Source: Octopus sinensis (Eukaryota). From it: 12,203 nucleotides of DNA. This document shows positions 1 to 7,576 of this stretch, one piece after another (the stretch's first letter is position 1; the number at the start of each line of letters is the position of its first letter). The notes beneath the pieces were generated by a model. That model had not been told where the DNA came from. It made no database searches and worked only from the letters and a program-made list of their open reading frames with translations. The position numbers were made by a program, and so were the translations under genes. Location of the stretch: contig NW_021826659.1 in NCBI RefSeq assembly GCF_006345805.1, positions 1-12,203 of the forward strand, in the 5' to 3' direction.

Positions 1-186
1 CAGCTCGAAAACGTATTTGACTGTGAGACACAGGACATGCAGTGAAGGGTTTCATAGGGGTTTTGGAATTAAGGGGCAACTTCTGGTTGCTGTGAAACCT
101 TTTTACAAATGCTCAGCATTTTGTGTTTCATTAAACAGTGTTATGTCAAAATCTCTCAGCAGGGTTCTGCGTTGTCACCTTGCCTT
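1..186 (+). mobile_element. Degenerate non-LTR retrotransposon reverse transcriptase fragment (RTE-like)
   Basis: Frame 1 (1-42) reads QLENVFDC, resembling DLEKAFD. Frame 2 reads GFGIKGQLLVAVKPFYKCSAFCVSLNS. Frame 1 (157-186) reads QQGSALSPCL, the RT QGxxLSP motif. The fragment is frameshifted and is cut by a SINE tail at 187. Confidence 0.8.
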
Positions 187-610
187 TACTCTTTTACTCT
201 TTTACTTGTTTCAGTCATTTGACTGCGGCCATGCTGGAGCACCGCCTTTAGTCGAGCAAATCGACCCCGGGACTTATTCTTTGTAAGCCCAGTACTTATT
301 CTATCGGTCTCTTTTACCAAACCACTAAGTTACGGGGACGTAAACACACCAGCATCGGTTGTCAAGCAATGCTAGGGGGACAAACACAGACACACAAACA
401 CACACACAGATACATATATAGATATATATACACATATACACATATACAACGGGCTTCTTTCAGTTTCCGTCTACCAAATCCACTTACGAGGCTTTGGTCA
501 GCCTAAGGCTATAGTAGGAGACACTTGCCCAAGGTGCCACGCAGTGGGACTGAACCCGGAACCATGTGGTTGATAAGCAAGCTACTTACCACACAGCCAC
601 TCCTGCACCT
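187..610 (-). mobile_element. tRNA-derived SINE, family A, full length (head, internal TA/CA microsatellite, 3' body, (AAGAGTA)n tail)
   Basis: Homologous along its length to 3489-3913 (-) and 7679-8141 (+). The minus strand has A-box TGGCTGTGTGG, B-box GGTTCAGTCCC and a CORE-like GGCACCTTGGGCAAGTG. Confidence 0.92.
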
Positions 611-990
611 ATACATATATATATACATATATATGACGGGCTTCTTCCAGTTTCCGTCTACCAAATCCACTCACAAGGCTTTGGTCAGCCCGAGGCTATA
701 GTAGGAGACACTTGCCCAAGGTGCCACGCAGTGGGACTGAACCCGGAACCATGTGGTTGATAAGCAAGCTACTTACCACACAGCCACTCCTGCACCTATA
801 CATATATATACATATACATATATATGACGGGCTTCTTCCAGTTTCCGTCTACCAAATCCACTCACAAGGCTTTGGTCAGCCCGAGGCTATAGTAGAAGAC
901 ACTTGCCCAAGGTCCCACGTAGTGGGACTGAACCCGGAACCATGTGGTTGGTAAGCAAGCTACTTACCTCACAGCCACTCCTACACCTAT
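611..990 (-). repeat. Two extra tandem copies of the family A SINE head (periods 187 and 191 bp)
   Basis: GGGCTTCTT starts at 451, 638 and 829. Each copy ends in CAGCCACTCCT(G/A)CACCT followed by a short (TA/CA) spacer. Confidence 0.95.
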
Positions 991-996
991 ATAATG

Positions 997-1397
997 TTTG
1001 ATGTATGGGTGTGAACAGCCATGCAACATGGCAACAAAACATGGGCTGTGACAGCTGAGGAAATGCATAGGCTTGAAAGAAATGAAGCTAGTATGATCCA
1101 CTGGACGTGTAATGTCAGTGCGTAAGCACCCTGGGAGAAAAGTTGGATTCAAGAAGCATCAGATGTGGTGTGCAAGAGAGATGACTGCGCTGCTGTGGTC
1201 ATGTGTTGTGTATGGATGAGGACAGCTGTGTGAAGAAGTGCCACACCCTAACAGTGGAGGGAACCTGTGGAAGAGGTAGATCCAAGAAGACCTGGGATGA
1301 GATGGTGCAGTCACAACCTTCAAATGCTGGATCTAACAGAGGCAAGGACAAGAGACCAAGACCTTTGGAGATATGCTGTGATTGAGAAGACCTGGCA
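997..1397 (+). mobile_element. RTE-clade LINE ORF C-terminal fragment, decayed
   Basis: 997 onward reads FDVWV*TAMQHGNKTWAVTAEEMHRLERNEASMIHWTCNV, matching the RTE LYGSETW...MLRW region. It continues MDEDSCVKKCHTLTVEGTCGRGRSKKTWDE (GRPxKTW-like) and, after a frameshift, LDLTEARTRDQDLWRYAV. Confidence 0.88.
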
Positions 1398-1947
1398 TGG
1401 GTTGGACAGTTTGACTGTGGATGGGAGACCCAGATTGCTGCACCAGGCTCCAATCTGACCTGGCAGTGTTTCTACAGCTGGATGCCCTTCCTAAAGCCAA
1501 CCACTCTGGGAGTGCAGTGGGTACTTTTACGTGCCACCAGCATGAGGGCCAGTCAGGCGGTACTGGCAACGACCACGCTCAAAAGTTGTTACATGCTACT
1601 TGCATGGCAACGACTGTGGGATGACGTCAGCAGCTGGGTGCGTTGACCAGGAAGCTGGGGCAACTGGAAGGGGCAGCTGTCAGGCGTGCGCAGGCAGCGG
1701 TGAATTGGGCCTTTCCAATGTGGGTCGTCCAGGTGACAAGACGTGTGAGGACGTTGCTAAGGGTTTGGGTGAGCAGCTGCTATCTTTAGTGTTCGGGTCG
1801 GGGCTGTGTCGAAGGATTAGTTACTACCGAAGGGTTTCCATCACGAGGAAGAGAAGGTAGGTGCCATTATATTCAAATCGCGCACACACCACAACGACCT
1901 TGCTCGAATGGTGCTTCTTACGTGCCACTAGCATGGTGCTTTTTAAT
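1392..1947 (-). mobile_element. Family C retroposon (SINE-like), partial copy split by an insertion at 1615-1893
   Basis: Reverse-complement homology to 6804-7357, including the CTACAGCTGGATGCCCTTCCTAA core and GGTGCTTTT..CGTGCCAC sub-repeats. Removing the insert restores GGCAACGAC-CTTGCTCGAATGGTGC, which parallels GGCAACGACCACGCTC at 1565. Confidence 0.85.
1615..1893. mobile_element. Putative solo LTR, 279 bp
   Basis: Termini TGTGG (1615-1619) and CCACA (1889-1893) are perfect inverted repeats with TG...CA ends. A direct repeat ACGAC flanks it at 1610-1614 and 1894-1898. It is GC/CpG-rich against its surroundings and interrupts a recognisable repeat. Confidence 0.72.
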
Positions 1948-2172
1948 GATGATGTCATATCATCTGTTGATGACTTTTTTCAGCAATAGGATAAAAGCTT
2001 CTTCACCAAAGAGATGCAAATGAGATGCAAATGAGATGCAAGCAGAGCAACACTGATAGAAGAAGTGTGTAGACTGCAAGGGGGGGGGTCCATGCTGGAA
2101 AATGAACCTCATTTGGTCACATTCCATGAGAGTATCCCGATCAACATACAAACTTTCCAGCCAACCCTCATA
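1948..2172 (+). mobile_element. Mariner (Tc1/mariner) transposon 3' end: transposase C-terminus, terminal inverted repeat and TA
   Basis: Frame 1 reads DDVISSVDDFFQQ*DKSFFTKEM, then KKCVDCKG, matching the mariner C-terminal RW.KCV...GDY.EK region. The end AAACTTTCCAGCCAACCCTCA|TA is a mariner-type TIR followed by the TA target at 2171-2172. Confidence 0.82.
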
Positions 2173-2284
2173 AGTTTTTCAGGGCCACATTTGTGAGTGA
2201 CGGAGGGCAGGATGCTGAAGAGGATGCTTTATTTGCATGCGCTAGAACAGTATTGCACCAGCTCAATCACATGGTGTTTGAAAA

Positions 2285-2998
2285 AAAGACAGGATGGTCT
2301 CAGCTGGAATGTCTTTCATCATAGGTCTGTAGATTAAGGCTGACTTGGGACTAAACAACAAGAAAGGACACATTAGATAATGTAGTCCTAGATACACTAT
2401 GCCTGAAATAAAAGTTAGGACAGTCACAGCCAGAACATCATTAATCATAAGTCTGCTGGACCAGGACTGACCAGGGGCTAAACAACAAGGAAGGACACAT
2501 TAGATAATGTAGTCCTAGATACACTATGCCTGAATAAAGGACAGGATGATCACAGCTGGAACGTCTCTGATCATAGGTCTGTTGGATCAGAACTGACCTG
2601 GGGTTAAATGACAACAGCAAAAAAGGACATGTTAGATCACGTAATCCTAGATACACTATGCCAGAATAAAAGACAGGATGGTCACAGCTGGAACAGATTT
2701 GATCATAGGTCTGCTGCATCAGGACTGACCTGGGGCTAAACAACAAGGAAGGACACATTAGATACTGTAGTCCTAGATACACTATGCCTGAATAAAAGAC
2801 AGGATTGTCATACCTGGGACGTCTTTGATCATAGGTCTGCCACATCAGGACTGACCTGTGGCTAAACAACAATGAGGAAGGACACATTAGATAGTGTAGT
2901 CCCAGATACACTATGCCTGAATCAAAAACAGGATGGCCACAGCTGGAATGTCTTTGATCATGGGTCTGCTGGACCAGGTCTGACCTAGGGTTAAACAA
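2285..2998 (+). repeat. Tandem array, ~126-132 bp unit, ~5.6 diverged copies
   Basis: GATACACTATGCC starts at 2391, 2518, 2650, 2776 and 2905. Each unit contains (C/T)TAAACAACAA, and the array ends in a (CAA)n tail at ~3008-3020. Confidence 0.95.
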
Positions 2999-3234
2999 TA
3001 ATCTTAGCAACAACAACAACACTGACACCACTCAACGTGTGACTCACACCACCCCGCTCAACACCGGGGACTGCCATTCTGCACCACTTCGCCCCTACTT
3101 TCTCCATCCCCACCTTTTCCACTCTCCCCATAATGCCCCTCCCCTCAACATACAACATATACTGATAACACCCCTTCCTGCCCCCCCCCATCATTTAACA
3201 CTCCATCTGACTCACCCTCAATCACTCCAAACCA

Positions 3235-3270
<36 letters not shown>

Positions 3271-3490
3271 TTCACATACACATATATGCATACAGTCACA
3301 CACACGTATGCATACATACATACACACACATAAATACATATGCACACACACATGAACATGTATACATACATACATGCATATATACACACACATAAAAACA
3401 TACATGCATACATGCATAGGTACGCACATAAATATACACACACAAACACTAAGATATATATATATATATATACACACACATATATATATA
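3235..3490. repeat. Compound (CA)n/(TA)n/(CATA)n microsatellite
   Basis: Seen directly in the sequence. Confidence 0.97.
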
Positions 3491-3679
3491 CTCTTTTACT
3501 TGTTTCAGTCATTTGACTGCGGCCATGCTGGAGCGCCGCCTTTAATCAAGCAACTCGACCCCAGGACTTATTCTTTTTGTAAGCCCAGTACTTATTCTAT
3601 CGGTCTCTTTTGCTGAACCGCTAAGTTACGGGGACATAAACACACCAGCATCGGTTGTCAAGCAATGCTAGGGGGACAA

Positions 3680-3733
<54 letters not shown>

Positions 3734-3913
3734 TATATATACATATATATGACGGGCTTCTTTCAGTTTCCGTCTACCAAATCCACTCACAAGGCTCTGG
3801 TCGGCCCGGGGCTATAGTAGAAGACACTTGCCCATGGTGCCACACAGTGGGACTGAACCCGGAACCATGTGGTTGGTAAGCAAGCTACTTACCACATAGC
3901 CACCCCTGCGCCT
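3489..3913 (-). mobile_element. tRNA-derived SINE, family A, full length
   Basis: Colinear with 187-610 and with the reverse complement of 7679-8141. It is embedded in TA/CA microsatellite on both sides. Confidence 0.93.
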
Positions 3914-4128
3914 ATATAAATATAAATATAACTATATATACACACACATATATATATACATATATATACACATACATACATGCACATATATATATATATA
4001 TACTTACACGCGCACACATATATACGCACACGCACATATATACATATGCATGTACATATACACACACGGCACACACAAACACTGACACAAACCTTCAAAC
4101 ATACATAAACTCACACTCAAACATACAT
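3914..4128. repeat. (TA)n/(CA)n microsatellite
   Basis: Seen directly in the sequence. Confidence 0.95.
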
Positions 4129-4835
4129 ATGGTGGTGGTGGCGGCAGTGGTGGTGGTGGTGGTGGTGAAGGTGGTGGTCGTGGTGGTAGTGGTGAAGGTG
4201 GTGGTTGTGGTGGTAGTGGTGAAGGTGGTGAAGGTGGTGGTAGTGGTGAGGTGGTGGTGGTAGTGGTGAAGGTGGCGGTGGTGGTGGTGGCTGTGGTGGT
4301 GGTGGTGATGGTGGGGCAGGTGGTGGGTTGGCAGTGGTGGTTGGGTGGTGGTGGTGGTGGGGTGAAGGTGGTGTGGTGTGTGGTGGTGATGGTGGTGGTG
4401 ATGGTGGTGGTGAAAGTGATGGTGAAGAAGGTGGTGGTGGTGGTAGTGGTGGTGGTGGTGGCGGTGGTGGTGATGGTGGTGAAGGTGATGGTGAAGGTGA
4501 TGGTGAAGGTGGTGATGATGGTAGTGATGGTGGTGGTGGTGATGGTGGTGGTGGTGGTGAAGGTGATGGTGAAGAAGGTGGTGATGATGGTAGTGATGGT
4601 AATAGTCGTGGTGGTGATGGTGGTGGTGGTGGTGATGGTGATGGTGAAGAAGGTGGTGATGATGGTAGTGATGGTAATAGTCGTGGTGGTGATGGTGGTG
4701 GTGGTGGTGGTGGTGATGGTAGTGATGGTGGTGGTGATGGTGGTGGTGGTGATGATGGTAGTGATGGTGGTGGTGGTGGTGGTAGTGGTAATAGTGGTAT
4801 CAGTGTTGGCAGTGGTGATGGTAGTGGTTGCGATG
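4129..4835. repeat. Long (GGT)n trinucleotide tract with GAT/GAA/AGT variants
   Basis: Seen directly. It contains an internal 75-bp duplication (GAAGAAG at 4571 and 4646). Confidence 0.97.
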
Positions 4836-4859
4836 AAATGATTTCTGCTCACATGCCTT

Positions 4860-4980
4860 CCCACAACCCCACACCATTACATCACCACCACCACCACCAT
4901 CAACAACACAACCACCACCAACGCCACCACAACACCAAGCCCCACTAACACTACCTCCACTCCCTGCCACCACAGCAACC
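4860..4980. repeat. (CAC/CAA)n low-complexity tract, opposite polarity to the GGT tract
   Basis: Seen directly in the sequence. Confidence 0.85.
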
Positions 4981-4997
4981 ATTAACTCTTTCTGTAG

Positions 4998-5114
4998 GTC
5001 CCTCTGATCGCTCACCGGGGACAATCTTTCCTAGGACCGGAAATAAATTAATTTTCTTATATGATAACGGCTTCCGGTAACGAGAAAGATAAAAAAGCCT
5101 TTGCGTAAAAAAAG
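4998..5114 (+). CDS. Candidate exon of a glycerophosphodiester phosphodiesterase (GDPD) family gene, damaged or containing sequence errors
   Basis: Acceptor ATTAACTCTTTCTGTAG|G at 4997/4998, then VPLIAHRGQSFLGPE, matching the GDPD motif IAHRG...PENT. One inserted A, one substitution and one deleted T give PENTLISYM. A later AF occupies the position of the GDPD E.D motif. As written there are stops at 5049 and 5106. The donor AG|GT at 5114/5115 is weak. Confidence 0.55.
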
Positions 5115-5575
5115 GTTTTAAAAAAATAATACATAAAAAATAAAGAAAAGTAAAAAAAAATTATACATTTCCATAGCAACCTTGTTTTGTTCCCTACCCT
5201 GGGCCTTTTATAGTTCTATAAATTTCTTCATGGATTTTTAATAGCAGGGTCCAATGACGTCATCCCTTTTTTTCCATCCTTTTATAATTTTAATGGGTTT
5301 GAGTCAGAGAAAAACATACAGCTTGTGTGACCCCTTTTTGTTTGTAGTGTGGAGAGGGATGGAAAGGTGGAGTTGCCATTAGGCCATAGAAGTAGCCCCT
5401 AATGTTTGTAACAGAGTGGACTGTGTTAAAGTCATCTGAGGTGGGGAAGAGCCAGCTTGTGGTGGGGTAGCAGGGATCGTGTTTGCATTTGTGGTGTAAG
5501 ACACGGGTGATGGGCAAAGTTTGCCATTATAAGGGCAGGTATGGTATCACCATCAATAGGATCCTTGAAACAGTA

Positions 5576-5796
5576 TTTCTTTACTACCCACAAGGGGCTA
5601 AACACAGAGGGGACAAACAAGAACAGACAAAGGGTTGAAGTCGATTATATCGACCCCAGTACATAACTGGTACTTAATTTATCAACCCCGAAAGGATGAA
5701 AGGCAAAGTCGACCTCGGCGGAATTTGAACTCAGAACGTAACAGCAGACGAAATACCGCTAAGCATTTCACCCAGCACGCTAACGTGTCTGCCAGC
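5576..5796 (-). mobile_element. tRNA-derived SINE, family B, with 14-bp target-site duplication
   Basis: The minus strand begins GCTGGCAGACACGTTAGC and has B-box GAGTTCAAATTCC. The head is homologous to 9365-9500. TCCTTGAAACAGTA occurs at 5562-5575 and 5797-5810. Confidence 0.93.
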
Positions 5797-6134
5797 TCCT
5801 TGAAACAGTAGTTAAAATCTCTCTCAAGCCATGCTCCTTACTGTTTTGAAATAGGAAGGATACATTCCATGATGTAATTTTTCTAAATTTAATTGCTTTC
5901 CGTACTTACAGTTGAAAAAGTCTCAATGACTGAAACCGGCACTGAAATGTTTTTTATAAAATTATTTTAGCATTTTCGTTTTTCTTTCTTGACACAGATT
6001 GTGCCATATAGCCAGCTGGAGACAATGTCTCCTGGGGCTAAATTACAGCAACATTCATCCTAAACCAGGACTGCTATGTTATGTTGGCAAAAATCTGTAT
6101 TCCAAAGTACTGTACTGTTTGTTTTTCTTTTCCT

Positions 6135-6745
6135 GCTATAGTAAGACCTCACCTGGAATTTGCATCACCAGTCTGGAACCCCTATCTTGCCCAGGACATC
6201 AATCGTCTGGAAGCTGTTCAGCGACGTGCAACCATGAGAATACCCTCCATCAGGCATTTGCCATATTATGAACACCTTACTCCCCTGGGCATGGATACAT
6301 TGAAACTCCAACATCTGGCAGCTGACTTGGCAGACACCCATAAAATTATCATCCATCGTACAAACAATAACTCTGAGCACCTTTTCAAACTCCACCCATC
6401 TAACACCCGTGGACATATTTACAAAGTCAGAAAACAGCACAGCTCCCATGACTTTCGGAAACATTTTTCACGCTAAGAATTGCTGAAGCATGGAACAAAC
6501 TGCCGGCATCAGTTGTTAGTTGTCGGAGCACTGCATCCTTCAAAACTTCCATGCTTTCTGAGATTCGCCAACACTACACCTGATTTTTCCCCCTCCATAC
6601 ACACACAAGCATGTATCTGACTCATACACTGTTCACTTCCCAGACATTTGTACATTACTGCATATACTTTATACGCACTTTCTGACAAGTTGTGGTGCAC
6701 CTGAGCACTGTATACAATAATTTCATTATTATCTTTTATTATTAT
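6135..6745 (+). mobile_element. 5'-truncated CR1-group LINE (ORF2 C-terminus, 3' UTR, ATT tail)
   Basis: Reads AIVRPHLEFASPVWNPYLAQDINRLEAVQRRAT...SNTRGHIYKV...FRKHF. A one-base frameshift in the T run at ~6465 gives FTLRIAEAWNKLPASVV...HYT* (TGA 6581-6583). An (ATT)-rich tail follows at ~6725-6745. Confidence 0.92.
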
Positions 6746-6758
6746 TTTATATATATGC

Positions 6759-6864
6759 TACGGATGGTGCTTTTTTAATGTGCCACCGGCACAGGTATCA
6801 CAATATCAATGGAAATAGTAGTTGTGATACCTGTGCCGGTGGCACATAAAAAGCACCATCCGTA
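6759..6864. repeat. Near-perfect inverted repeat (45 and 43 bp arms, 18-nt loop)
   Basis: 6759-6803 is the reverse complement of 6822-6864 except for two extra bases in the TTTTTTAA run. Confidence 0.95.
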
Positions 6865-7357
6865 CGTGGGCGTTGCCAGCTCCGCCTCGACTGGCTCCAG
6901 TGCCGGTGGCACATAAAAAAGCACCATCCGAACGTGGCTGTTGCCAGCTTCCGTGCCGGTGGCATGTCAAAAGCTCCAACCAATCGTGGCCGATGCTGGA
7001 CCCCACTGGCACCTGTGCAGGTGGCACGTAAAAAGCACCCACTACGCTTGCGGAGTGATTGGCGTTAGGAAGGGCATCCAGCTGTAGAAACTCTGCCAGA
7101 TCAGACTGGAGCCTGGTGCAGCAGCCCCTGGCTTCCCAGACCCCAGTTGAACCGTCCAACCCATGCTAGCATGGAAAGCACCCACTACACTCATGGAGTG
7201 GTTGGTGTTAGGAAGGGCATCCAGCTGTAGAAACTCTGCCAGATCAGACTGGAGCCTGGTGCAGCAGCCCCTGGCTTCCCAGACCCCGGTTGAACTGTCC
7301 AACCCGTGCTAGCGCGGAAAACGGATGTTAAACGATGATGATGATGATGATGATGAT
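6804..7357 (+). mobile_element. Family C retroposon with ~65-bp internal sub-repeats, a 143-bp 3' duplication and a (GAT)n tail
   Basis: GGAAGGGCATCCAGCTGTAG starts at 7068 and 7211. The element ends GTTAAAC(GAT)8 at 7334-7357. It is homologous to 1392-1947 (-). Confidence 0.88.
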
Positions 7358-7576
7358 ATTTATTTTATTATAAATGCAAAACAACACCACGGAGGAATTG
7401 GCATAAGCTTAAATAATAAACCGCGACAGGTGAACCGTGATAGGTGAACCGTGATATGGCGAGGGATTACTGTACACATTTTGCTTTAACTATATTTGTC
7501 TTGATTTCAACTTCTGATTCACACTCATTGGGCAAAGAAACGAAGTTCCACTTAAGTCATTTGAGTGGAATGTGAA

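Noticed and set aside
1600-1860. 86-aa ORF in the GC-rich insert
   Set aside because: It starts in the host SINE, crosses the TSD boundary and has no recognisable motifs. The solo-LTR reading explains the segment.
2215-2260. CTGAAGA followed by GGATGC...GCATGC stem (hammerhead look-alike)
   Set aside because: There is no GAAA after stem II and no helix I.
2441-3031. 196-aa repetitive ORF on the minus strand
   Set aside because: It is a translation of the ~127-bp tandem array with shifting frames and has no protein-family features.
3050-3075. CGCTCAACACCGGGGAC, similar to CGCTCACCGGGGAC in the GDPD-like exon
   Set aside because: The similarity does not extend beyond ~16 bp and lies in C-rich low-complexity sequence.
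4004-4948. 286, 196 and 206 aa ORFs resembling mucin/extensin, poly-Val or Gly-rich proteins
   Set aside because: All are read-throughs of (GGT)n. The repeat phase shifts within each ORF (Thr runs become Pro runs), and there is no signal peptide or splice support.
5036-5306. Promoter-like motif cluster (ETS at 5036 and 5071, X-box-like ATTTCCATAGCAAC 5167-5180, CCAAT plus CRE 5251-5262, AP-1 5300-5306)
   Set aside because: The ETS and CRE matches overlap the putative GDPD codons, the region appears error-prone, and short motif matches alone do not establish a promoter.
7456-7575. 39-aa ORF MARDYCTHFALTIFVLISTSDSHSLG... with a signal-peptide-like start
   Set aside because: It is very short, has no suitable donor in frame, and hydrophobic runs are common in T-rich DNA.
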